A program made the position numbers and the translations under genes. The notes beneath the pieces were generated by a model. That model had not been told where the DNA came from. It saw nothing but the letters and a program-made list of their open reading frames with translations, and ran no database searches. DNA of 64,000 nt from Isurus oxyrinchus. Lineage: Eukaryota. Below, piece by piece: positions 48,831 to 62,669 of this stretch; within the stretch, counting starts at the first letter, position 1; each line of letters opens with the position of its first letter. The stretch is taken from positions 1,860,001-1,924,000 of the forward strand of contig JANJGN010000036.1 in the NCBI GenBank assembly GCA_026770705.1, read 5' to 3'.

Positions 48831-51303
48831 TCCTGGGGCAGTGTGATTACGTGGGATGGAATTGAATTTTACACCTCTTCTGTGTTTGATATTGGAGTCA
48901 TCTTCACTTGGGGTGTGTTGTGTTTTGTAGACATTTTCATATATTTCTAAAATAATTCCCTTTTTTCATAGGCTGCATCAGGTTCACTGTGAACTGGAGC
49001 TTTGCATGCATTTTAAAAATTGTTTGAAAATATTTTTAAACTTTGGCCCCTAGTTCCAATCTCTCCCACAAGGGGAAACATCCTCTCCACATCCACCCTG
49101 TCAAGTCCCCTCAGGGTCTCATTCTTTCACTAAGATCACCTCTCCAAATTCTAAACACCAGTCGATACAGGCCCAGCCTATCCAACCTTTCCTCATAAGA
49201 AAATAAGAATCATTTCCTCATAAGATCGGAGATGATGAGAAATGCCTCACACAATTGGCCTTGTCCTTAGCTTCATTGTTTTCTGAGCAACAATCATTTT
49301 CTATTCTGACTGCACTAAACCAGGCCTCTGTTTCTATTACACGAGACCCTGCCTCAGTTATCACTGCACGAGACATTCTCTAAGTCGATATAACATGCGG
49401 CCATGTTTCTGCAAATGTTACATTTCACCCGGTCTCTGCTTGGACTGCACATTTCCCTGCATATCACACAATAGGCCCTGTCTATACTTGGTATCTAACC
49501 CCATGCTGCCCCTTCCCTGGACCTGGTTGACAGGACAGAGCAGAGGGAATTTTTGTCTCTATTGAACCCCATACTCTATTTGGGTTGGTTGTGTTTGTTG
49601 AACAGTGTGGATGAAGCTTTACACTGGAATTTAGGTGAGGGGATGATCTAATGAAATATTTCAGGTTAAAAATGGAAATAGAGGTGGTTGATAAAGAGTA
49701 ACTATTTCTGCCGGTTTGGGGAGTCAAAGCCTTGGGTCCATGGTTTTTAGACGATGTTTAGAAGTTTAGAATTTCAGGAGAGAAACTAAGAAACACTTTA
49801 AAACATCAAGAGTAGTATTAGTTTGGAACTCTCTCACGTGAATAGAAATTGACGGTCAGCCACCAGTCCATGTTTAAAACTGAGGTTGATAGATTTCTGA
49901 AACCTAAAGGGTACAGAGATATGAGACAAAGCGGTTCGATCACAGATCAGGCAGGATCTCATTGAATGCCAAAACAGGGTTGAAGGGTTAATTGGCCTCT
50001 CTCCCTTTCCATGTGCTATGAATAATATCTGTTATTCACTCTCTGGCTCTCAGTCACCCATTCAGTCTGACGGTCTCTATTTCTCATTCACTGGATCTGT
50101 GTCTTCTCTCCCTCCCTCTCTTATCCTGAGAATCTAGTCTACAAACACCAGTCAGCCAGTTTAGGTTAGTTCACAGTGACCATTTTATGTTCCCACAGCA
50201 CTGGAACTAGGCCAGAGTGACCCCTCACTCATCTAACTACTTTAAACGTGACAGAGTCACAAGTATGGAGACATAAATTCCACAAGTATTCCTTGGAATA
50301 TACTTGGGCGTTCAGTCCCACACTTTGCTGTTGTGAATTTGAATCCTGAAATATCTAAAATTGAATCTGGATTTAAAGCCCCCAGGATGGAATGATTCAC
50401 ATTCTGTCTGCTGCTGCAAAGCCTGTGTGTGTCTCAGTTTCTCGGTATATATTGATAGTTTAAGATAACTGGATAGAATGCCATAAATCAACTCAGTCAT
50501 AAGTGTCCCAATACTCTGACCAATATCATTCTTTCATTGTCTGCCTCTTCATCCCCTCTCACTCTGTGTCTCCCTCTTTAACATTCCCTCGTTCTGCATC
50601 TTCTATGCTTCTCTCTCTCTCTCTCTCTCTCAGATTCTGTAAGATAAATCCCCAAACACCAGTCAGCTATTTCAGGTCTGTTCACATTGGCCATTTTATG
50701 TTCCCACAGCACTGGGACATTTATGACAGAGTTGATTTCTCACGAATGTGCAATTAGCACTCTCAATGTGACAGAGACACAGGGATCTCCCTCCATTTTG
50801 AAGATGGGGAAGGGATCTCCCTCCATTTAAAAGATGGGGAAGGGATCTCCCTCCATTTAAAATATGGAGAAGGGATCTCCCTCCATTTTAAAGATGGAAA
50901 ATGGATCTCCCTCCGTTTTAAAGATGGAGAAGGTATCTGCCTCCATTTGAAATATTGAGGGTCGTTTTCGCTCCATTTCATCAGTTTTCTCTCTCCCTGC
51001 CACTTTTGCCTTTCCCCGACTGTCTCTCTGATTCTCTCTCGCTCTCCATGTCTATTTCGGACACTCACTCCTCTCTCTCTGTCTCTCTCCCTCACCACAT
51101 CCATTTTTCTTTCACTCAATTGCCTCTCTCTATCTCTTTCTTTTGCCCTCTCTCTTTCTCTCACATCCCATTTCCCTGTCACTATGTCCCACTCTCTCTC
51201 TTGCCCCATTTCTCTGCCTCTCATCCTCTCTCTGTCACTGCCTCTCACTCTATCTCTCTGTCACTCTCTGACCGTCTGTCTATTCTGCCCCTTAGACACC
51301 AAT

Positions 51304-51336
<33 letters not shown>

Positions 51337-54300
51337 AACACCCTCACATACACACACGCACACAGACTCACAAAGATATTTTCTTCCTCTCGCACACATA
51401 CATACACATTCTCTCTTTCACACACCCACACAGGTATGTTCTCTCTCATGCATAGGCACACACACACACAGAGACAGGTATATTCTCTCTCACACACACA
51501 AACACACCAACACAGGTATTTTCTCTCTCATGCATAGAAACAGGCACACACACAAGTTTATATTCTCGTTCTGACATAGACGTTTTCTCTCTCTCCCAAG
51601 CACACATGCACTCACAAACTCGCACAGATATATTCTCAAAAACAAGCAGACAGACACTCATTCACATACCCTCACACACACATTCTCTCTCAACACACAC
51701 ATATAAGCTCGCACAGATATATTCTCTCATACACACAGACACATAAACAAACATACCCTCACACATGCACAGTCACACTCACAAATATATTCAGAAATAG
51801 TGATCAGAAAAGGGTCATAGTTACAGTCCTAGAATAGTCCAGCACAGGAAGAGGCTATTCGGCTCATCCAGATGTGCTGGCTCTTTGGAAGAGGAATCCA
51901 GTTAGTCTCACTGCCACACTCTTTCCCCCATAATACTGCATGTTATTCTCATTCAATGATTTATCCGATTCTCCTTTTGAAGGATCCTATTGAATCATTA
52001 GCAACCTCCCCAGCAGACAATGCATTATATATTTGTGTTCTGAGGTATTTTGGTGCCTGTGTACAGAAATCAGATAGAAAGTTAACATACAGGAACAGCT
52101 AACCAGGAGGAAGGCAAATGTAGTGTTGGCCTTTTTGCAAAGGGATTGGAGTACAAGAGTAAGGAAGTCTTACTGCAAGTGTTTTGCTGAGACCACGCCT
52201 GGAATATTGAGGAGGGTTAACAGATAATTGACATATGTGAATTATTTTCTTATACACGTGTGTCTGTCTGCTTGGATATTTCAATGTTGGATTCATACAG
52301 CATAATTTGCAGTCAAGATTGTCTGATCTGATGCTGCAAGTTTTGTTATACTCAATAATCGATGTTCCCTGGTTATTGACCTCTCTTTGTCTCTCTCTCT
52401 CTCTCTCTCTGTGCATCTGTAAAAAGGAAAATTCACAAACATCAGTCAGCCATTTTAAGTTTCTTCATCATGGCTATTTTCTCCTCAAATCCAAGTCTCA
52501 TCGGAGCAAGATTTACTCTTGTGCACCAAATATTTGACAATGTAAACCAAATGCAATTGATATAAAGTAAGATCACAGATAGCCAGTGATCTCATTCAGT
52601 GCCAGAACAGGATTGAGTGATTAAATGGAATCCTCCTCTTCCCTTGTGCTCTGACCAATATCCTTCTTTCACTCTCTGTCTCTCGGCCCCCCTCTCTTTT
52701 TTGCACTTGCGCAGCCTGTGACTTCCCTAAGTCTCTCCCCTTCCCTCTGATACACTAATGACAGATTTGTCTCCTCACTAAGGTATCATTAGTACTTTAA
52801 AAATGACAGAGACAAAGCTATGCAGACATAAACGCTGATTGTATTCCCTGGCATATTGAATGATTAGGTGCAACTTGAGCAAAGTTTACAGGAAAATAAT
52901 GGAAACTGATAGGTAGATAGAGAGAAATGCTTTCTGGTTGTGGAGCTTAAGACGAGGATCATAATCTAAAAATTTAGCAATAGTCTGAAACCCTTTCAAG
53001 AGTGAATTGAAGAAACACTTCTTCACACAATGGGATGTAGAAATTCTGTTAATTCTGTAAATGGTCACTCCCTATCTCCTGTCCCACCATCCTTCAATAT
53101 CAGTTTTCCATAAATTCCTGCTCTCTGAATTCTCAGACTAGAAAATTAGCTGGAACCTTTCTTTCCTGAAATCTGTGTTTCATGTTTGTTTCCGCTCTGC
53201 CCCCTCTCTCTTTCCAGGCCTCTAAGTCCTTCTGTCTCTCCCTGCCATAAGAATGTAAGAAACTAGAAATGAGGGCAGGAGGAGCCCATCCGACCCTACC
53301 CCCTCCCTCCGTCATTCCTTATTGAGCCTTTAGTGTGCTGCCTCTGGGTAGATTCATACAACGCACACGGCAAAGTCCTTTATACGATGGGAAGCAGCCA
53401 ACACTGTTTCACTCAGTGCACACGCTACATTCATGATGCAATGTTATAATATCGAGTCAGACAACTGTCATCACACAGTGGCTAAATTTCACTGGGTCAA
53501 CATTCTCACCAAGCACTAAACCTTCCCACAAAGCAGGGCTCAGAAATCCAACACGATTTTCCTTGTTTTATTCTGCCTGGATCTTTCTGATTCTCTGATG
53601 GATTCCTGGTGCTTATCCTCCACATGAGCATTCGCCCTAATCCCATGTACCTGTCCTGCTCCCAAACACGGCATCCAACTACAATAAGGCAAGTGGTACA
53701 GGACCGGCTGATTGACTAAGACAGGTGAGTATCCATCCTGACCCAGGTGTGTACGTGACAAGGATTAATTCCAGAGACAATAGAAAGTGGGCTTCACTCT
53801 GCACATAAACCGTGCTGTACCTTCACTCAGTATTGGATGGGATGGTGCAGATGTGGAGAAGTTAATCCTTCAAAATCATATCAAAGTGTGTTTGAAATGT
53901 ACTGAGGGTTCCTGCCTATCCCACCCTTTCAGAGAGTGAGTCGCTGATCCCCATCAGCTGATGGGTGAAAATATTACTCCTCTGTTCCAATTAAACCTTT
54001 CACATTCAATCGATGCTCCCTACTTATTGACCTCTCCGCTCAGGAAGGAAGGATCCTCCCTATTCACACTCTGTAGGCCCCTCATCATTTTATATCATCA
54101 ATTCTTTGGTAGCCGGGTTTCAGCTGGACTGGAGTTGGGAGAGAATCCTGACATGAGCATCACAACCTGTCCTAACCTTATACACCTTCGAGCAAACCTC
54201 CCCTCAATGGGATCAAATCCAGTTTCTCCAAACTCAGCATGGAGCTAAAATCCCTCATTTCTGCTGATTTATCCACTCTCAAATATTCTAAGGATCTCGA

Positions 54301-55789
54301 TACTTCCCCTCTCAGTCTTTGTTTTCCACATAGTATTCCTCACTCCTCCTCCTTATCCACAATGTCTGCATCGCTCCACTGCCCTTTGCAAACACAGACA
54401 CAGGGGAATTGGATTTTAGAGCTTTACACTTTTACAAGCGAAATTTTGAAACATTTCTAAACACAAAAGATGGTAGAAGTTTGGAAGTGACTTCCCCAAA
54501 TGCTGCTTCCTGATCAGTTCCAAGTGGTGAAGGGAACAATGGACAAAGTTGTCCAAGTGTTAAGGGGAACTGATGGGATATTATTTCGGAAGTGTCTTCC
54601 CCAGACAGCAATTGATGCTGAGTCACTGGCTGATTTTTATATCTAAGGTTGACCTTATCTTCACATACCTGTCACCAAATCAATACTAAAATACAAATAT
54701 TTCACAGCTGGACTCACACAACACAGACAGCAATGAATGTTACATTTTGGAAATGCTGTAAATGTTGTTAAACATCACTGCCTTTTCTGTAAGAACCATT
54801 TTGAAATGTCTATAACGTTTCTTTTATTGTATTGGAGCACCTCAGAGTGCTACATGATTTAAGTAGAAAAACTGAATATCATTGCACTTTCTGAAATGTT
54901 TTGTAATCTTGCAAATATTTTATGAATAAATAATAATTTTGCAAAAAAAAGTTTCTATGTGAGTGTTTCTGAGATTCAATGTATGTATTCATGATTTAAG
55001 ATGATATGATAGAATGCATGCTGAAATACCATAAAGCTACAAACAGCGGACAGTGGATGTTGAAAGAGAGTTGAGGGTCCATACATTTTAGCGCGGGGCA
55101 GCTTTACTCAAATGATACCAGGAAGGGGTAAATTGCAAAGTGGGATTACACAAGGTCAGAATATATTCCCCGGAATTTAGAAATTTCATCCTGCACTTCA
55201 ACATGCTTGGGTCGGAGAAGTTTAGTACTGTATTCCACAAGTGTTGATTGATGCTCAGACAATTGTTAATTTTTAAATATAATATTGAACTAAATTTATT
55301 CTGTCACTCTCTGTCCCCTGGTGTGTGTGTGTGTGTGTGTGTGTGTGTTTCACTCCCCATTTTCTGAATCTCTGTAAATCTCCACATACATCGATCAGAC
55401 ATTTTGTGTTTGTTTATGGTGGCCATTTTCTCCCTAAAGCTCTGTATATTCACAGAAAATCAGAAAGTTTCGAACCCAGGGTTAGAACAGTAAAGGTGTG
55501 CATGTGGGTGATTATGAGAGTGTCGAGCAGAGGGTAGATTGGTAAAGGTGTGTGTGTGATTCTGATATTATCCAGCAGGGGTATGGAACAGTGAAGGTGA
55601 GTGGGGTAAACCAGCGCTCCACTGTAGGTTGATATAAACTGTGTTTTAAACATTTTTTGCCTGGGGAAATTTGCACCAGTGCCCCCATTGTTGTGTCCGG
55701 TCCTTATTAACCTGATTAATATTGAAAATGATGTGTCAACCTGTACCACCCTCTCCCTGCAGGCGACTTAGTTGTTGGGGAAGCAATGT

Positions 55790-56250
55790 GGGCTCATTTT
55801 CCCACAATCCCCCGCGGCGGGGAACGTCATCTATCAGTTACACGGGCCGCGCTGCACTCTGGGAGGGAGAGACCAGCGCACAAGCGCAGCTCCGCTCCCC
55901 ACTGCACGTACTGCTTTTTATTTATTATTAATAATCATTATTTATTGTTAACAATAATGATCACATACCGGCCGGCTCAGAATCCCAGTTCCCGGCTCAG
56001 CGTGAAGAGTCGCTTTTTCCTTTTCGCTTTACTATTTAAAGGAGAGGAGCCGTCGGTGACGTCAGGCCAACATGGCGGAGAAAGCACCGCCCCCTCAGCA
56101 GTTGGAAAGAGCAGCAGCCGGGCCGGGGTGTGGTTTAGAGATGTCCAAGGGATGAGCAGCCGGTGGAGCAGTAGGTCTTGAGGAGAGTGAGACCGGCCCC
56201 TAGCGGACAGGAGTGGAAATAGCAGCAGAAACTCTCTCTTCGCAAAGGCT
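55790..56250 (+). promoter_or_regulatory. CpG-rich promoter-like island
   Basis: Local CpG enrichment; TATTTAAA (56033-56040), CRE palindrome TGACGTCA (56057-56064), YY1-type CAACATGGCGG (56068-56078). Confidence 0.55.
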
Positions 56251-56644
56251 CCAGTTCAGTTGTTGGAGGCTCTGGGAACCTCTTCAAATATAAATTTCAG
56301 CTTCTAAATCCATCACCAACAAGAACCATTCCCTCTGCAGAGCAGCTTTACTCTCCATTCCCAGCCTGTATTCCACCTTGTTCGCAACAACTGTGCTTCC
56401 AGATACTTTACACCCTGAGATATTTACAGCAAAAACTAGTCCTGGATCACATTTAATAATTGTTTTGGGGTCAGAATTCAGTCATATCATCAATTACATT
56501 CCCAACTTGGGCTATGGGGATATATTTGTATTGTCTCATTTCACAAGAAAAGACAACGAGATTTTCAACTCTGCTTATGTTATTCTTTTAATAACTTACC
56601 TGGGTTGACTTGACTGAGATTGACATTAACCCTCCCTGCTCTCT

Positions 56645-56648
56645 GTCT

Positions 56649-56685
<37 letters not shown>

Positions 56686-57100
56686 GGTGTGCGGGTGTGT
56701 ATGTGTGAATGTGCCTATAGGTGTGAGGGTGTGTGTTTGTATGAGTGTATACCTGAATGTGTTTATGATTGTGTGTACCAGTGAGTGTCTGTGTATCTGA
56801 TTGTGGATGAGTGTGTCTGTGTATGCGACTGTAAGTGTGCAAGTGAGTGTGTGTCTGTGTGAGAAAGTATGTGTTTCTTTATACATGTGGGTGACTGTGT
56901 TTTGTGTGTGTGTGTCTTTGTATGCAAGTGCATGTGTGCTTGTCTGTGTGTGTCTGCAAGACTGAGTGTGTGTGTATGAACATGGCTGAGTGTGTGTGAG
57001 GTTGTCTGTGTATGCGAGTGTGTACTTATGATTGTGGGTGAGAGTGTATATGTGCTCGGCTATGCGAGTGTGTGCGTGATTGAGTGTGTCTGTGTGAGAT
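56645..57100. repeat. TG-rich low-complexity / microsatellite tract
   Basis: Degenerate (TG)n. Confidence 0.9.
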
Positions 57101-58649
57101 TGATATTATAAAGCAGCAGCACATGCCACCTTTGGAACAGAATCACTTTACCCACCCTGTGCCCAGTTTCTGTTTACAGTATACAGAAATAACTAAGATA
57201 TCATTCGGCCTCTGTGTGGTTATTGTGGTTTTGGGGAAGGGTCACCAGTTTCACCAGAGTCAACACTGCTTTATGAAAGTTAAAGTTTCTTCGCTGGAGC
57301 TTTTTTGATGTTTGTGGCTGGCAGGGAAAATAAGGGGCAAGAGTGGAGTTATTGCATTTGGATTGCAAATCAGCTGGCCTCTCTCTGTGTCACCGAAACC
57401 TACAGGGGTTCAGATCAAGAGATGAAAAATGGGAAAAGATTGCAGAGCTCTTCACTTCAGGGGCAGCACGGACACAATGTGAATAAAGGCTGCAAGGAAG
57501 TGAACATAAATTCTCTCACACATTTTCTTTGTGTTTTCAATTAGTTTTTTTTTTTCCTAGGGCAAAGAATCTGTGTGATAAATTGAGAAAACTAGCTTGG
57601 AAACATAATTAACAAAAACCTTTAGCAAAATCCAACGTGTCATCTGGATAAAGATTGACAATGTATTGTAGATGAGTTAAAGAGTACAGCAAAGTTTATC
57701 TCTCCCATTCTGAATGAGATTACAGTCTGATAACTGAACCAAACGTGCACATTGCAGTCTGAAATAATTCCCAACTACCATCGCTAGACAATATTTCCAA
57801 TGGGGAATGAGCAGAGAGCTCATGCAAAGGTCAGGTAGTAAAAAAGGCGAATACACCACCCGAGCGAACTGTGCACCCGGATTGAAACTTCAATCCCTTA
57901 CCCTATTGGTCAATATTCACTCTTCATCAGTCTGTTTCCAGATGCAGCCACGCAGGAGCTGAACTTCTCTGAGACTGCCAAAGCGCAGCACCTGTAGTGG
58001 GGGTGAGCAGCCAGCAGAGGGTGGGCTTGTATCACTTTAATCACAAGACTGAAACTGGTTTGAGAAGAGGCCTTTTAAAATTCATTCCTTCATCAAACGA
58101 TAACAAGAGACAAAACACTGACAAATGATGCGAGTCCAGGCTGCATCACTGCCTGTGCAGAGGAAGACAGAAATCCCAATCAAAACACCTGGTACCCTGT
58201 AGAATGCACAATGAACACCGTGCATAAGGAGATGAAACTGTTCAGAAATCTCTCATGTGTCACAATCCGAGGCCTCCATTCAGTTTGACATCCTGATTGC
58301 CATAAATGTGTGAGCAAACGTTCCAGGGTAAAACAATTAATAAATCTATCAGTGAACCGCTGGCTCCAGCGCTCTGAACCACATCCCAACTCTTCCTATT
58401 TCGGGTTCTAATTGGGGCATCTTGGTGAAAGTGACACCGAGCTCACTGCGCGCAGTGGGAGCATTGACCAAATAAAAATAACTGAACAGAATCTCAACAC
58501 AATGACATCCCTGCAGCTGGGAAACAATTGTAGAATTATCCAAAAAAACTAGCTGACAAGAGTCTAAAGATTTATTCTCCATTTATATTGCATGTCTGTT
58601 ATATTGTATAGTGTGACATGGAAAAGGTCGGTTTTCTTCTTTACGGAGC

Positions 58650-61175
58650 TCAATTGTTTTTATTCTTAACAAATTTAACAATCACCAGAATCGGATATAT
58701 CAACACGCTCTTGAACTGTTCTCTGAACCTGCTCTGGATCACTCCATAAATAAAGGTGTTTGTGCAGGAACTTAAATTCAGCAGCATAAACCTGATATGC
58801 TCAAAAGAGTAATCTAAGAGAGTTGTTCCTGCAATGTTATAATATAAGAATTCTGCAACAAATGGCAGCCACATGAGAAAGAAGCTGCCTAAAATTGTGA
58901 AGAGTAAAATAACGGACTTCCTTCTGGGTCACTGCGGCTCTCTCCATTGTTCTGACCCCTCAGAGCCTTACAGATGCTATTGGCTACTAATATGTGTCTG
59001 ACTGTAAGAATATTAAGCAGTAATATTAGAACACATGGGAGAAATGGTGCTAACATTATATCAAACCAGTCCAAAGCCATCCAACCAAGCTCAATAAAAA
59101 GTTTGGCTTAACAGAACAAAACCAGGGCGTATTGTCAATTATCTCCACAGGTTCATATATAAAATACCAAGCAGCGCTTTTTAAACTCATCAGAATGCAC
59201 GTCATTGCTATAATTATAGACACAGTTTCCTTTGTGCAATATTTTCTTCTCTGCTTTTGGCAACAGATGGCGATGAAACGATCAAACGAGAAACTAATGG
59301 TTAACCAAACTGAGCTCGATGCATGAGTCAGAACAGCGATAGCACTGCACACATGGGTAAGGGAGAGTAAAGACCCAGGTATAGTTAATAACCCACCGAA
59401 ATAATATGATTTCATTCATACTAACCAGTAGATCCGTCACCACCTTTGCCAGCATGTAGCTAGTGATACATTTGGAAAGACCACACTTTCCCCGGGTCAG
59501 TGTCACCATTGCAATGAAGTTAACTGTAAAAGAGAATGAGAGAGAAGTTGGGGGGAGGAGAGAGAAATGATACAGGAAGTTAATGATACATCTCAACAGC
59601 GAATTCTAAAAACCTGATTCTAAAAATATTGCGTTTGACTTTGGGGAGATTTCAGTCTTTCCATCCAAGTTTATAAAAGCGCACTGAGGTAGATCATTCA
59701 GAAAGATTAGAAACAAAACTCTGAGTCTCTCAGATTCCTGTTTCATTCTCAATTACTGGCTGGTCTCTTCAACCTAAGACCACGCCTCAAACTAATTCTT
59801 CAACCTAATGAACGTGGAGATTGTTCAGATAATTTCAGAATGTAGTGAAATACATTTAAATGTATTATGTTGCATTTTAGTAAGAAACCGTTGAAGTAAT
59901 ATTATTAGTATCATGGAGAACAAAAGTGGTCCTTGATCACTTTCGAAAAAAATCACTAAATTTGGAGGTCCATGTTCATAAATACATTACACGTATAAAG
60001 AGCACCATCTGGAATGATATATCTGGAAAGATACAATTGAAAAGAGGGAAATATATGTTAAAGCTGCTGACGAATCTTGTTTAGACGACATGCGGAGTGT
60101 TGCTTGCATATGGGCGCTTTGGAGAAGCAGCAAAAATGATTTATAAGGAAATGAATGATTATTTCTATCGTGAAGGAATTAATCGACTGTTTTCCTTTCT
60201 CGAATATAAGCGGCTAGAGATGACCTAACCAAAGAATTCAGTTGGAGAAACTATGATTGTTTCAGTGAAGAAAGTCTATTGTGGAAAGCTTTCTTGGAGA
60301 TTGACAAAATTGTGTTAGGAATAGACACGTGAGGCAATGGGAATTCAGCCCCTATTGACAGAGGTACAAAGACTACTTCATGCTGTGAGTGGTAATGACC
60401 TGGAACTCACATTCCAAGGATGGTGGCAGTGGAGAGAATGAATTATTACAAAAAGACATTCACTGAGGCAAATAATCTGACAGGAAAACACCGGAGTCAG
60501 GGTTTTACATGCGTTACTCTAATATAACGGGTATGCTCTCCATGGTCGAATGACCTTCTTCCGTGTTTTAATAATTCTATGGGTCTATGACTCTGGGAGA
60601 CACCTGGACCTGTGTCAGATACGCATATAATAAAATAAGATTTCATGCGGGGTATAAACCCTAAACACACTGAATGCCCAATTAAACTGAATACCATGAT
60701 TTGGGAGAGATTCCTGATCTCGGCTTCGTAACACTGAGACCGTGTGATTTTCAATTAACTATCGCTGGAAGCATATTTGTGAAGAAATTTTTCAGAACTG
60801 CTGCGTTGCTCAATATGAAACCGCATTAGCCCCTGATAATTGTCAGATAATTGTTCCTCTGCCAGGATTTTGTTCCCAGTGCATTTAATATCGAGGCTAA
60901 TCCAGTTGCATCATCAGAGTTGGAAATACACAGATAACTTCAAATCTTATGGGGAGATTAAAAGAGCGAAGAAGAGCGTTAATTCCTTTCATCTTGCACC
61001 AACCGAACAGAGCAAAGAGCTGAGAGGGGAAAAATGAGGCGACAGAAATATTGCCACTTGCATCAGCACAATTATACATCATTAACAGATGAAATAAAAA
61101 CTCACCAGGAACTCCAACTGCTGCGAGACAAGGATAGTAAATGTGCTCTATCGGAAGAATGGATGCATATCCCAT
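58650..61175 (-). pseudogene. GPR139-like class A GPCR pseudogene (shark-expanded family); exon 1 61106-61175, exon 2 58650-59523
   Basis: Exon 1 MGYASILPIEHIYYPCLAAVGVP+G|GTGAG. Exon 2 follows ttttacAG: VNFIAMVTLTRGKCGLSKCITSYMLAKVVTDLLV, SVWLTISFSFDRFIAICCQK, PFLPCVLILLLNILTVRHIL, RKSVILLFTI, NLSSCTNTFIYGVIQSRFREQF. The 7TM frame is split over four frames (shifts near 59380, 59090 and 58925). Confidence 0.9.
59780..60480 (+). mobile_element. Very old CR1 fragment in the GPCR intron
   Basis: Decayed matches (cttgtttagacgacatgcggagtgttg, gcggctagagatgaccta, gtggtaatgacctggaactcac). Confidence 0.55.
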
Positions 61176-61829
61176 GGTAGAGAAATACTGAAGCCGGTTG
61201 TGTTGAATCCACAGCTCCAATGGGCGCGCCGAGATTCAGCATTTGAAGAAGCCTTGATTTAAAGACATCTTAAACCTGCTCTGGTCCGGCTAATCCCCAG
61301 ATCATTGCTATTAGATACACTCACATAAACAAACAATTTGCATCAGAAGCTTTGATTGCAATGCGAATAACAATGTCGTGCAAAACACAAACATCTCCAG
61401 CTGCAGGTTGTTATTTTTAGAAACCATTTAGTTGGAATCGTGCTAAAAAACTAAGCCTGCAGAGTCGATCCAACAATAATTAACCAATCGCATTGGGCTT
61501 TCATTCTGTGAAGCCCCTTCTCTCCTGCGGGCACATTGTTAAATGTTAATGATCACTTCGCAAATTGTACATTGTGCCCAGGGATCTGTTCCACTGCTTC
61601 TACGTCAAGATGCAACGTCTCAGATCCTGACCCGAGGTCCATTGAAGGCCTGGTCCATGAGCGTAGTCTAGAAATTACTGCGATTGATGCCAGGAGGAGA
61701 ACAATGAACACATTCTGTTGACATTCCTCTCTCCGTCACATCCCTGCTGCTTCCACATTAGCTCAAATTTCCGGGACGATTGGGACTGTGATACCACATG
61801 ACTGCATTCCTCGGGTTCAATCATTGTCG

Positions 61830-62640
61830 AACGCTTTTCACCCTTCCTCCTGCTCTCTTTGTGGCATCAGCAAATTTACCAACCATACCTTCAGCCCCTC
61901 CATTAAAGTCATTTATATAAACTGGAAAATGTTGAGTCCCAGGTACTGATCGCTGTAGCAAACAGCTCGCTAGAACCTTCCAATCAGCAAATAAATACCC
62001 ATTTATGGTTACCCTCTGTTTCCGGTTAGCCTGATAATCCGCTAGCCATGTCCATATGTCACATCCTCCGCCATGAGCTTTTAACTATCGCAATAACCTG
62101 TGATGTGGCAGCTTATCAAATGCCTTCTGCCAATCCTAGTTCAGTATATTTACCAGTTCCCTTTGATCCACAGCACATGCAACTCCTTCAAAGAACTCCA
62201 TTAAATTGGTTAGACATCATTTCCCTCTCACAAACCCATGTTGACTGTGTGGAATTGCAATGAAGTTTCCTCAGCGTCCTGCCATCACATATTCAATAAT
62301 ATATACCCACATTTTCCCACTGACAAATGTTAAGCTATGTGGCCTGTAGTTTACTACTTTCTGTCTCCTTCCCTTTTTGAATAAATTCCTTGCATTTGCT
62401 GTTTTCCAATCTCATGACACCTTCCCTGATTCCAGGGAATTTTGACAAATTAAAACCAAAGCAACAACTATCCCGCTAGCCACTTCTTTAAAGACCCGAG
62501 TTTGAAGTCCATCAGGACCCGGGGATTTGTCAGGTCACAGGGCCAACAATTTGATTACTAACACTTCGCTAGTGATTGCTATATACTTGAGTTCATCTCT
62601 CCCTCCCAAATCCTGATTTACAGTTATTTCTGGGATTTAC
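61830..62640 (-). mobile_element. CR1 ORF2 RT fragment, antisense
   Basis: gtggcatcagcaaatttac (FADATK-like), aagtccatcaggacccggggattt (KSPGPDGL), tcaaatgccttctg (QKAFD). Confidence 0.8.
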
Positions 62641-62669
62641 TTATCGGGAGAAGTGATGCAAAATGTGGA

